Virus record (IMG/VR): IMGVR_UViG_3300047459_000157
Coordinates: 6,851-70,850 of that record
Direction: 5' to 3' (one strand)
Length of the DNA: 64,000 bases
DNA from: a virus
Of this stretch, positions 1 through 9,458 are shown in pieces (the stretch's first letter is position 1; every line of letters starts with the position of its first letter). The notes beneath the pieces were generated by a model. That model saw nothing but the letters and a program-made list of their open reading frames with translations, was not told the origin of the DNA and did not search any database. Both the position numbers and the translations under genes were made by a program.

Positions 1-1
1 T

Positions 2-814
2 GGTTCAGGTGATATCGCAACTATTGACGGTACTCAAACACTTAGCAATAAAACACTAACTACAACTCAAATTACTGAAATATCTAACTTAACCGCTACT
101 GAAGGTGCTCAGTTAGAAAATATTAACTCAGTAACAATTAGTAACGCACAATGGGGTTATTTAGGTGCTGCTACCGCTTTTGGTGGTAGTTTACTGGATG
201 ACGCTGATGCTGCTGCTGGTAGATCAACATTAGGTGTTGATGCCGCTGGTACTGATAACTCAACTAACGTAACATTAGTAACTACATCACACGATTACTT
301 ATCAATATCTGGTCAAGCAATAACTTTAGCCGCTATTGATCTTACAGCTGATGTAACTGGTGACTTACCAATATCTGAAGGTGGTACTGGTCAATCTACT
401 GCTTCCGCAGCGTTTGGCGCTTTAAAACAAGCTGCTACAACTTCAGCAACTGGTGTTGTTGAACTTGCTACGGCTTCTGAAGTTAAAGCTGGTTCAGGTG
501 CTGGTAAAGTTGTAGATGCAACACAAGTAGGTGCTAGATCAAAAGTTGCAACAATAGATGTTTCTAATGCAACATTTGCTTCAAACCTATATGCTGAAAT
601 TCAGCATGATCTTGCAACTGAAGATGTAATTGTCCAACTGTTTGATTCAAGTACAAAAGAAACTGTTTATGCTGATATTGCTAGAACAGATAAATCTAAC
701 TCTGCATCAACAAGTAAAATTAAGGTTACTTTTGCTGCAGCGCCAAGCAACGATATTGAAGTTATTATAACTTCTACAGCGGGTGCAGGTGCTGGAACAG
801 TAGTTTACTCTTAA
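2..814 (+). CDS. Tail fibre / structural fibre protein, C-terminal part (5' truncated by window)
   Basis: Open frame 2 from the window start to TAA at 812-814, read by hand. Contains fibre-type motifs TQTLSNKTLT, LPISEGGTG and ATTSATGVVELAT. Confidence 0.75.
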   Translation, partial: GSGDIATIDGTQTLSNKTLTTTQITEISNLTATEGAQLENINSVTISNAQWGYLGAATAFGGSLLDDADAAAGRSTLGVDAAGTDNSTNVTLVTTSHDYLSISGQAITLAAIDLTADVTGDLPISEGGTGQSTASAAFGALKQAATTSATGVVELATASEVKAGSGAGKVVDATQVGARSKVATIDVSNATFASNLYAEIQHDLATEDVIVQLFDSSTKETVYADIARTDKSNSASTSKIKVTFAAAPSNDIEVIITSTAGAGAGTVVYS

Positions 815-830
815 TAAATAATTAAAATAT

Positions 831-857
831 AGGCGGTGCGTAAGCACCGTCTTTATT
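831..857 (+). terminator. Probable intrinsic terminator hairpin
   Basis: AGGCGGTGC-GTAA-GCACCGTCT stem with GNRA loop, followed by TTATT, just after the fibre gene stop. Confidence 0.6.
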
Positions 858-874
858 AATTTAATCATAATAAT

Positions 875-1249
875 ATGGCTATATTTCATCATATAATACA
901 ACCTTCTGTTACGGTTACTCATTCAAGTAATACTCACACAGTAGATTTAGACAAACCAGGTAATAATTATTTAGTGTCAATTAATAGTGGCGCTGCCAAT
1001 GTTATTGCTTTTAGTAATCTAGATGCTTCAAGGGTTGGTAAATCTGGTAATATTATTCTTCAAAACCCAGCAAACGTAAGTAATACAACTATAGCTATGG
1101 ATCCAGGCGACGCCTATACTCCAGGTGGAAGTACTATAAACTTTAACTTAACAGCATCCGCTACAGCTATAATATCATATTATGTTTACGCATCGAATAA
1201 GATACTTTTAAACTATGTAGGTAAGTTTCAATTATTACCTCAACCTTAA
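875..1249 (+). CDS. Small beta-rich protein, possibly fibre-associated
   Basis: 124-aa ORF, Asn/Ser/Thr and beta-branched rich, lying between fibre genes. Confidence 0.55.
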   Translation: MAIFHHIIQPSVTVTHSSNTHTVDLDKPGNNYLVSINSGAANVIAFSNLDASRVGKSGNIILQNPANVSNTTIAMDPGDAYTPGGSTINFNLTASATAIISYYVYASNKILLNYVGKFQLLPQP

Positions 1250-1258
1250 TATAATAGC

Positions 1259-3808
1259 ATGAGGTGGTTGTGGAATAGAATAGATTTCTGGAATACTACT
1301 ACTACGTTTAACACGAGTAGGAGTACTAATAGGTTGACTAGCACGTCTAGATCGACCAATACTACATTTAGTACTAGTAGAACGACTACATTTTCTACAT
1401 CTAAACCAACTAGCACTGTAGTACAAACAGCTAGAAATACTACAACTGTATATAATACTACTAGAACAACTAACACCACAATATCAACCTCAAAGTCAAC
1501 TACGACACAATACAATACTACTAGAAATACAACAGTATCAACTGATAGGCTGACTAGTACTGTAGTTAGCACGAGTAGATCAACTAATACCACATATGGT
1601 ACTAGTAAATCTACAACTACAGCTTACAACACTACAAAATCAACAGTAACAGCTTATAACACATCAACTGTAACTAGTTTTGGTACAACAGTACCTACAA
1701 GTATAAACACATCGACTGTTTATAACACAACTAGATCAACATTAACTACATTTTCAACAAGTAGATCCACCCAAACAACATATGCAACGAGTAGAAACAC
1801 TACATATTCAACAAGTAGAATAACTACTAGAACTATAGGTACGAGTAGAACTACTCAAACTGTATATAACACTGTTGTATCAACAAGTAGAATAACTAAC
1901 ACAATAACTATAACTGCGTTTAATACATCGTTCGTTACAGCTTATAATACTTCTACGTCAACATTAACGAGTAGAACTACTACAGTTAGCACTAGTAGAC
2001 TAACTAGTACTGTCGTGAGCACGTCTAGGACAACTTCTAAGGCAACATCTACTGTTTACAATACTAGTACAACAACATCTAAAAGTACTGCAAGAGACAC
2101 TACTACAGTTTACAATACAACGTTTAGTACTTTTGTTAGAAACACTATTAATACGTTAATAACGGCTTACAACACAACAACAGCCACTACAACTACATTT
2201 AATACGACAAGATCGACACTTACGTCGTTTAATACTACTTATGCTACTAGCAGAAACACAACAGAAAGTAGAAACACAACAACAACGTATACAACTTCTA
2301 CAGTTTTTAATACCAGTACAGTTACTCAAACAAGTAGAGTAACAACTTACGGTACGTCAAGATCTACAACAACAACATTTGCTACATCTAGAAATACAAC
2401 TGAAAGTAGAAATACTGTTACAGTATATACAACTAATACAGTTTATAACACAACAACTTCTACAACAACTACGTTTAACACAACAACGTTAACGTCGTTT
2501 AATACTATAACTACTTTTTCAACAAGTAAGAATACAGCTACATCTAGAGCAACTACTGTTTCAACTAGTAGATCAACTCAAACAACTTACGGTACGTCAA
2601 GAATTACTACCACAAGTAGGGCAACTACAACTATTTATATAACTAATACAGTTTATAATACAACTACGTTGACTACTTTTAATACTACAACTACTTTTGC
2701 TACGACTAGAGGCACTGCCACTACTTACGCTACTAGTAGAAGCACGGTAACTATATACTCAACTAGTAGAAATACAACTGAAAGTAGATCAACAACAACA
2801 TCTAGATCTACTCTCACGGTATATAATACTAGTACAACTACTACTTTTAATACACATTATAACACTAGTACAACAACTGTATTTACGACAAGCACTGTGG
2901 TTAGTACAACTAGATCAACATTAACAGCTAGATCTACAAACACAATATATACAACAAGTACTACGTACCTTACAACTAGATATACTGAGTTTAATACTAG
3001 TTACAATACTGTTAAATCAACAAGTAGAGGAACTGCAACATCTAGAAGTACTGCTACATCTAGGTCAACAACAACTGCTTACACAACTGTATTTAATACT
3101 AGTAGAAACACTGGTGAAAGTAGAAACACAACTACTACATACAATACGTCTAAAAACACTGGCGAAAGTAGAAGTACTACGACTATATACGGAACAGCTA
3201 CAACTACTACATTTAATACAACATTTGGTACATCTAGAGGTACTAGTCATGGAACAGCTACAGCTACAACTACTACGTTTAGTACTAAATATAATACATC
3301 TAGAACTACTACATTTAACACTAGTACAACAACAACAACAACGTACAGTAGTTCATTTAATACATCATTTAACACTAGTAGAAATACGTTAACAGCTAGA
3401 TCTACAACAACAACTCATACTTACGGTACTTCAAGAAATACAACTACTCATTACAATACCACTCAAGTATTACCAAGTAGAGGAAGAACGAACTCTACTG
3501 CGTTCCCATCATCAAACTGTAATAACAGTACGTTCGTAACAATATACATATTGAAAAACAACTCAAGCTCTAGTGCAACCGTTGAAGTTAATGATAACTT
3601 ATATACAAACTCAAGTGGTTCATCATCTCTAAGTGGAGGTAACTACGGTATATCTCAGAACAATGGTGGTAACGCTGTGAAAGTAGCAACAGTATCAGCA
3701 TACGGTGGTCTAGTAACTGCAGTTCATAATTGTAACAGTGGCGGTGGCGGTAGAGGCGGCGGCGGCGGCGGTAGTGATCCAGGTGGTGGTGGTGGTATAG
3801 ATCCATAA
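1259..3808 (+). CDS. Thr-rich repeat protein A (849 aa), probable virion fibre or surface protein
   Basis: About 730 aa of T/S/N/R/F/Y repeats (TSRNTT, TTFNT, AYNT), then a ~100-aa globular C-terminal domain and a Gly-rich tail. Confidence 0.8.
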   Translation: MRWLWNRIDFWNTTTTFNTSRSTNRLTSTSRSTNTTFSTSRTTTFSTSKPTSTVVQTARNTTTVYNTTRTTNTTISTSKSTTTQYNTTRNTTVSTDRLTSTVVSTSRSTNTTYGTSKSTTTAYNTTKSTVTAYNTSTVTSFGTTVPTSINTSTVYNTTRSTLTTFSTSRSTQTTYATSRNTTYSTSRITTRTIGTSRTTQTVYNTVVSTSRITNTITITAFNTSFVTAYNTSTSTLTSRTTTVSTSRLTSTVVSTSRTTSKATSTVYNTSTTTSKSTARDTTTVYNTTFSTFVRNTINTLITAYNTTTATTTTFNTTRSTLTSFNTTYATSRNTTESRNTTTTYTTSTVFNTSTVTQTSRVTTYGTSRSTTTTFATSRNTTESRNTVTVYTTNTVYNTTTSTTTTFNTTTLTSFNTITTFSTSKNTATSRATTVSTSRSTQTTYGTSRITTTSRATTTIYITNTVYNTTTLTTFNTTTTFATTRGTATTYATSRSTVTIYSTSRNTTESRSTTTSRSTLTVYNTSTTTTFNTHYNTSTTTVFTTSTVVSTTRSTLTARSTNTIYTTSTTYLTTRYTEFNTSYNTVKSTSRGTATSRSTATSRSTTTAYTTVFNTSRNTGESRNTTTTYNTSKNTGESRSTTTIYGTATTTTFNTTFGTSRGTSHGTATATTTTFSTKYNTSRTTTFNTSTTTTTTYSSSFNTSFNTSRNTLTARSTTTTHTYGTSRNTTTHYNTTQVLPSRGRTNSTAFPSSNCNNSTFVTIYILKNNSSSSATVEVNDNLYTNSSGSSSLSGGNYGISQNNGGNAVKVATVSAYGGLVTAVHNCNSGGGGRGGGGGGSDPGGGGGIDP

Positions 3809-4371
3809 TGGGTTTTCAAGAAGAATACCAGGACACAAGCTTAGAGTTTGATCACGACAAGATAGTATTTTTTGAATCTAGTCGTGGTCGTGTTTGGCAA
3901 GTGATGATGCGTTGGGAAACACCTATAATGAACAAAATAGCCGAGCTATGTGTTAATGAAGGTGATCATGTTTTAGAATGTGGTTTTGGCATGGGAATAC
4001 TGTCAGATGCTATACAAGCAAGAAAACCATCATCACACACGATATGTGAGAACCATAAAGATATAATACCAAGATTAAGGTCTTGGGCTAAAAATAAATC
4101 TAATGTTATATTACACGAAGATAAGTGGATAAATGTAAAAGATAGTGAGTATAGTGTAATATTAATAGATACATACGCAGATGATGATTTGCCAAAATTT
4201 AAACAGTTTTGTGAAGCTAAAATGAACAAGGGTTTAGTCAGCTGGTGGAATCACTCTGGTAAAGAAAATATGGGTTGGGACGATGTTAAGTTTTATGATG
4301 TTAACATTAAACCACCTAAAAACGCATATTATAATAATTCAATTTATAAAATACCAATTAAAGAACTATGA
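3808..4371 (+). CDS. Class I SAM methyltransferase, GAMT/Rmt2 (guanidino N-methyltransferase)-like
   Basis: QVMMRWETPIM, VLECGFGMGI and HTICENH match GAMT/Rmt2 motifs (WETP; VLEVGFGM; HxIIE). Start overlaps the upstream stop. Confidence 0.8.
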   Translation: MGFQEEYQDTSLEFDHDKIVFFESSRGRVWQVMMRWETPIMNKIAELCVNEGDHVLECGFGMGILSDAIQARKPSSHTICENHKDIIPRLRSWAKNKSNVILHEDKWINVKDSEYSVILIDTYADDDLPKFKQFCEAKMNKGLVSWWNHSGKENMGWDDVKFYDVNIKPPKNAYYNNSIYKIPIKEL

Positions 4372-4925
4372 TAGATGAAAGTTTAATAACAGAGTATGAT
4401 GGAAATAACTTTACGATAAGTAAGGAGGACTGGGTTGTCAATACTGACGGTAGTACTCAAGAAGTTTCTGTTATACAATATAAAAATAGAGTAACTGCCG
4501 GTGGTGCTGAAAACTGGGAGCCATGCTTGTCTGCATATTTCAACGATTGTGAAGGGTGTAATGCTAATACTTGTTTTGATAATATAACTTATGGTGATGT
4601 TTTAGTTATTAGTTTAGGTTTAGGTTCAATACCTGAATATATACAAAGAAATAAAAACTACACAAGTATTGATGTTATTGAAGAAGATCAACAGTTGATT
4701 GATCACGTAGATTGGTTACATAATGATATAAATGTAATAAAAGTAGATGATTTTGAAACATATCAAAATTCTAAAAAATACGATTTAATTATAATAGAGT
4801 GCTACGGTGACGTAAGTGAATTTAATTCATCTGGCACAATGAGAGTAAACTATACGCCTCAATTAAAAGATGATGATAGTATAATTATTTGTCCATTCAT
4901 TAATTTAACATATAGAAATGCCTAA
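4368..4925 (+). CDS. Class I SAM methyltransferase-like protein (spermidine-synthase-like fold)
   Basis: GDVLVISLGLG, IDVIEED and KYDLIII correspond to Rossmann methyltransferase motifs. Confidence 0.65.
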   Translation: MIDESLITEYDGNNFTISKEDWVVNTDGSTQEVSVIQYKNRVTAGGAENWEPCLSAYFNDCEGCNANTCFDNITYGDVLVISLGLGSIPEYIQRNKNYTSIDVIEEDQQLIDHVDWLHNDINVIKVDDFETYQNSKKYDLIIIECYGDVSEFNSSGTMRVNYTPQLKDDDSIIICPFINLTYRNA

Positions 4926-7158
4926 TACTAGTACCGCCACGGTTACTAGTTTTAATACTAGTACCGCTTTTTCTACAATTACTCAATATTCTACTGCCAC
5001 AACGTTCAGTACGAGTAGGAATACTAGTGTGACTACAAATAGAGGTACAACTGAAACATCAGCTACTAGTAGAACCACTACTTTCAACACTGATAGAAAT
5101 ACAACTAGAAGTACTAACACAACAACAACAACTTCTTATACTACATACTTTAACACTAGTAGAGAATCTGGTAGAGCAACTGATGAAAATACTAGTAAAT
5201 CAACTACAACTGCATATACTACTTCTACTGTTTATAATACAACAAAATCTACACTTACATCATATACTACTTCTACTGTTTATAATACAACTAGAGGAAC
5301 AGATAAGTCTACCATAACTATTTACGGTACCACAACAACGTTTAATACTACTACTGTATTTAACACTACTTATAACACCTCTACTTTAACAGGTAGAAAT
5401 ACAACTTTTAATACTTCTAAAAATACATTAGAACAAAGAAGTACCACTACAATATATTCTACTACAACTACTTTTAATACTAGTACGCTTACTTCTACTA
5501 GTAGAGTAACTTCATATGCTACTCAAAGATCTACGTCTAGAACTACAACTATTTCTACGTCTAAAAATACAACCACAACTTTTACAACTACTACTATATA
5601 TACTACTAGTACAGTATTTTTAACAGAAAAGTCAACTACAACAGCGTTTAACACCAGTACAACTACTGTTACTACGTTTAATACCACTAGATCTACATCT
5701 ACTAATAGAAATACAACTTATGCTACTAGCAGGAACACAACTGAGTCAAGAAGTACTATAACTATATTTTCTACGCAAACGTATTTTAATACTTCTACTA
5801 ATACAACTACTGTATTTAATACTACTACTACAACAGTATTTAATACACTAACAACTTTTAACACAACTAGAAGTACTGGAACGTCAAGAAATACTACAAT
5901 ATCTACAGAAAGACAAACTAACACTACTTACGCTACTAATAGAAACACTACTGAGTCAAGAAATACAACGACTACTTACACTACTAGTACTACGTTTAAT
6001 ACATCAACATTAACTGTAACTGCTTTTAACACTAGTACAACAACTGTTTTCAGTACAACAACTACATTTAGCACAAGTAGAAATACAACAGAACAAAGAA
6101 GCACTACCACTGTATATACAACTACTACTACGTTTAATACAAGTACTCTTACTTCAAAAAATACAACTACTACGTTTAATACAACTAGAAGTACTAATAC
6201 TACGTATGGAACATTTAGAAACACGTTACAGACTGATCAAATATATAGAAACACAAGTAGATCAACAAATACTATAACTATAACTGCTTATACAACGTCT
6301 TTTACAACAAGTTTTTCTACAAGTAAAAATACAACAACGTCTTTCACGACAACTTACAACACAAGTACTAATACAACCACTACGTTTAACACTAGTACAA
6401 CAACTGTATTTAGTACCACAACAGCTTACAACACTAGTACAACAACAACTAGAGGAACTGCTAAAGATACTACGACTATATATACGACTACGTTTAATAC
6501 TAGTACACAAACGCAAACAACAACAATAACAGCGTTCAATACATCTACAACGTATACAACTACGTTTAATACTAGTACTACTACAACTTTTAATACAGCT
6601 ACAGCTACAATAACAGCTTTTAACACAAGTACTGAAACTATTACCACGTTTGCTACTAGCACAACAACGTTAACTGTTTATAACACCACAACAGCAACAA
6701 GTAGAACAACTTTGTATAATACTAGTACAAGTACTGTAACTACATTTAATACTAGTACAAATACTATAACTGCTTACAATACAACTACTGCTACAGTTAC
6801 TACATTTAACACGAGCACGAACACGTCAACCGTATTTAATACTACTACATTGACTACATTTGTAACCTCGACGTCTACAACAACTGTTTACAATACTGTA
6901 ACTGCAACTGTAACCACTTTTGAAACTAGTACAGATACAGCAACTATTTTTAATACAAGTACTAATACAATAACAACGTTTAATACTAGCACTGTTACAG
7001 CTTTTAATACGACTACAGCTACTGTTACTACATTCACAACAACGACTACGTTTAACACTACGTTTAACACTACTAGATCAACTAACACAAACTGGTACGA
7101 TGGTAGTGGTGATAACTTTGGTCAACTTGGTGACGCACCTTTCACTGGTGGTAGGTAG
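4918..7158 (+). CDS. Thr-rich repeat protein B (746 aa)
   Basis: Almost entirely TSRNTT / TTFNT repeats, with a short C-terminal tail WYDGSGDNFGQLGDAPFTGGR. Confidence 0.8.
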   Translation: MPNTSTATVTSFNTSTAFSTITQYSTATTFSTSRNTSVTTNRGTTETSATSRTTTFNTDRNTTRSTNTTTTTSYTTYFNTSRESGRATDENTSKSTTTAYTTSTVYNTTKSTLTSYTTSTVYNTTRGTDKSTITIYGTTTTFNTTTVFNTTYNTSTLTGRNTTFNTSKNTLEQRSTTTIYSTTTTFNTSTLTSTSRVTSYATQRSTSRTTTISTSKNTTTTFTTTTIYTTSTVFLTEKSTTTAFNTSTTTVTTFNTTRSTSTNRNTTYATSRNTTESRSTITIFSTQTYFNTSTNTTTVFNTTTTTVFNTLTTFNTTRSTGTSRNTTISTERQTNTTYATNRNTTESRNTTTTYTTSTTFNTSTLTVTAFNTSTTTVFSTTTTFSTSRNTTEQRSTTTVYTTTTTFNTSTLTSKNTTTTFNTTRSTNTTYGTFRNTLQTDQIYRNTSRSTNTITITAYTTSFTTSFSTSKNTTTSFTTTYNTSTNTTTTFNTSTTTVFSTTTAYNTSTTTTRGTAKDTTTIYTTTFNTSTQTQTTTITAFNTSTTYTTTFNTSTTTTFNTATATITAFNTSTETITTFATSTTTLTVYNTTTATSRTTLYNTSTSTVTTFNTSTNTITAYNTTTATVTTFNTSTNTSTVFNTTTLTTFVTSTSTTTVYNTVTATVTTFETSTDTATIFNTSTNTITTFNTSTVTAFNTTTATVTTFTTTTTFNTTFNTTRSTNTNWYDGSGDNFGQLGDAPFTGGR

Positions 7159-7211
7159 AAAAGCGTAAAAACGTGTAACTATTATAATACTAATAAATTA
7201 AATTTAATTAT

Positions 7212-8120
7212 ATGGAAATGTTTAATAAAAAAGAGTTAGACTCAAGAATAGGTCCACTCAAAAAAAGCAAAAGTTTATACGACTTAGAGCAAGTAGAAGG
7301 TTACTTCAGAAGACGTTGTGCTGAGATCGGTATTGAATGTGCTTACGATGTTATGGCAGAAGAAATGCCATATTTTAAAACACTCGGTTATACTGAGTAT
7401 GCTGGTAATTTTTACATACAACCTTTAAATTACAAGTTAAGAAACGAGCAAATGATAGAGTCATGGTATGATAAGGAAGAACTTGGTTACCCAACTGTTG
7501 ATTATGCTTCTTATCTTATTGACAAGGTTGTTAAAAATGATAGTAATAAATATACAGACAGGGATGATGTTACATCAAAATACGAAGCTAAAGATAATTT
7601 AGTTGTTTTACCTGGTTCTAATAAAGTTAGAGAAAATGTATGTTTAAATAAACTAAAGTGGATTAAAAAAGAACATGGAGATAATGTGTACTTTAAGCCA
7701 CATCCAATAACAACACATCAAATTATTGGTGAGTTAAAAGATTTTTTTGGTGAAGAGTGTATACTACCAAGAAACGCAGATATGTATTACTTTTTACAAA
7801 AAGCTAAAAACGTATATACAACACACATAAGTGAAAGTGCTGTTTACGCGGCTGTTTTAGGTAAAGCGATACAACCAATTGATGTTTGGAATAATATACA
7901 AAGAGGATCTTTTTATTGTATAAATAATCATGTTTTTAGAAATCAAGTACAAGCAAAAAAGTTTATTAATTTTTGTTTCTCAAGTTACAAGTCAGGTATT
8001 ATAAATCCTGAAGTTGATAAAAACTGGAAGAAAAAAATAGATGATTATTTAGAGTGGATAATGTTTAAAAGAGAAACGTATAAAAACTGGTACTTAGCAT
8101 CAGAAGTAAAAAAGAAGTAA
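7212..8120 (+). CDS. KpsS/KpsC-like (Capsule_synth) glycosyltransferase, putative beta-Kdo transferase
   Basis: VYFKPHP and VYTTHISESAVYAAVLGK match the KxHP and VxTxxS..A...GK motifs of KpsC/KpsS CMP-Kdo-dependent transferases. Confidence 0.6.
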   Translation: MEMFNKKELDSRIGPLKKSKSLYDLEQVEGYFRRRCAEIGIECAYDVMAEEMPYFKTLGYTEYAGNFYIQPLNYKLRNEQMIESWYDKEELGYPTVDYASYLIDKVVKNDSNKYTDRDDVTSKYEAKDNLVVLPGSNKVRENVCLNKLKWIKKEHGDNVYFKPHPITTHQIIGELKDFFGEECILPRNADMYYFLQKAKNVYTTHISESAVYAAVLGKAIQPIDVWNNIQRGSFYCINNHVFRNQVQAKKFINFCFSSYKSGIINPEVDKNWKKKIDDYLEWIMFKRETYKNWYLASEVKKK

Positions 8121-8170
8121 AAAGCGTGACAATTGCGTAATAATATAAAAGTAAACTAAAATTAAATAAA

Positions 8171-8428
8171 ATGGCAAAAAAAGCAACAAAAATAACAAAA
8201 GACGAATTAAAAAGTATTCAAGATAAAGTAGGTCAAATAAATAACTTACAAATGCAAATAGGTGGGTTAACTGTTCAACAAAGCAAAGCTGTTGAAATGT
8301 TAGGAAGCTTGCAAACAGAATTAAATGTAATACAAACTTCATTAGAAAGCAAATACGGTAAAGTATCTGTTAATATTCAAGATGGTAGTTTGAAAGAAAT
8401 ACCTGAAGAAAATGGATCACTTAATTAG
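8171..8428 (+). CDS. Small coiled-coil protein
   Basis: 85-aa ORF with heptad pattern ending KYGKVSVNIQDG. Confidence 0.6.
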   Translation: MAKKATKITKDELKSIQDKVGQINNLQMQIGGLTVQQSKAVEMLGSLQTELNVIQTSLESKYGKVSVNIQDGSLKEIPEENGSLN

Positions 8429-8633
8429 AAAAATAAGCATAGGTAAAGACTATAAGAACGATGCCATGCATTATGCTGTTGGTCAAGAAGTGTATGGAGG
8501 TCATACTATTGAACATATAATCGAAGAAGAAACTAAGTTTAGTATATTGATAAAGAAAGCGGATGAAGTACTTCCTTGGAAAGACTTTAACAAGAACATG
8601 GCAATATCTGTAGAATATAACCTTGAATATTAA
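8412..8633 (+). CDS. Hypothetical protein
   Basis: 73-aa ORF that overlaps both neighbours. Confidence 0.6.
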   Translation: MDHLIRKISIGKDYKNDAMHYAVGQEVYGGHTIEHIIEEETKFSILIKKADEVLPWKDFNKNMAISVEYNLEY

Positions 8634-9241
8634 TGAAGACAGTATTTAATTATATTGTAAAACCATTAAACGAAAAAAGATACCAAAACACACTACCTGT
8701 CGGTGACAAAGAGTTAATAGTTAATACTGATAACTTTGACCACAGGTATGTGAATAGGTTTGCTAAAGTTGTTGGAATACCAGCTAATATTGAAACACCA
8801 ATAAAAAAAGGAGACATTGTTGTAGTACATCACAATGTTTTTAGAAGGTGGAAAGATATGAAAGGTATAGAAAAAAACAGTAAGTCATATTATAAAGATG
8901 ATATGTGGTTTGTTGAGAACGATCAGATATTTTTATATAAAAGATATTGTTGCTGGGTTGCAAACGATACTTTTTGTTTTGTAAAGCCAATAAAAGCAAA
9001 AGATCCATTAAGCGTAGAAAAAACAGAACCTTTAATAGGTTTTATGTCTTATCCTGATAAAAAACTACAAGACGCTGGTATAAAAGCAGGTGATCTAGTA
9101 GGTTTTAAACCAAATACTGAATATGAGTTTGTTATAGATGGCGAACTATATTATAGAATATTCAGTAACTCAATTACAATTAAATATGAACATAAAGGAG
9201 ACGAAGAAGAATATAATCCAAGCTGGGCAAAAGGCAGTTGA
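8633..9241 (+). CDS. GroES-like co-chaperonin (tandem GroES-like domains)
   Basis: IKKGDIVVV and GIKAGDLVGF...YEFVIDGELYYRI resemble GroES (VKxGDxV...GxEY); lies upstream of the head genes. Confidence 0.6.
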   Translation: MKTVFNYIVKPLNEKRYQNTLPVGDKELIVNTDNFDHRYVNRFAKVVGIPANIETPIKKGDIVVVHHNVFRRWKDMKGIEKNSKSYYKDDMWFVENDQIFLYKRYCCWVANDTFCFVKPIKAKDPLSVEKTEPLIGFMSYPDKKLQDAGIKAGDLVGFKPNTEYEFVIDGELYYRIFSNSITIKYEHKGDEEEYNPSWAKGS

Positions 9242-9458
9242 GGAATTAATTAAGGTTGCTAAGGAACCTATTGTTGATAGTGATGATGATATATCTGCGG
9301 ATAGATTAAAAAATGCTGCAGCCACAAAAAAGCTAGCTATATTCGATGCTTTTGAAATATTGACTAGAATACAAGAAGAAGAAGCTATATTAAATGATAA
9401 ACCTGTAGAAAAGAAAGAAAGCACTTTTAAAGGTTTTGCTGAAAGAAGATCTAGATAA
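9186..9458 (+). CDS. Probable terminase small subunit
   Basis: Helical 90-aa protein (likely start MNIKETKK at 9186) whose stop overlaps the terminase large subunit start. Confidence 0.5.
   Translation: MNIKETKKNIIQAGQKAVEELIKVAKEPIVDSDDDISADRLKNAAATKKLAIFDAFEILTRIQEEEAILNDKPVEKKESTFKGFAERRSR

Noticed and set aside
1235-7088. Val/Leu- or Ser/Cys-rich minus-strand ORFs across the Thr-rich genes
   Set aside because: These are antisense shadows of ACN-rich codons with no independent coding signal.
1259-7158. CRISPR array, DGR or DNA-level tandem repeat
   Set aside because: The repeats are degenerate at third codon positions, have no repeat-spacer structure, and no reverse transcriptase or Cas gene is present.
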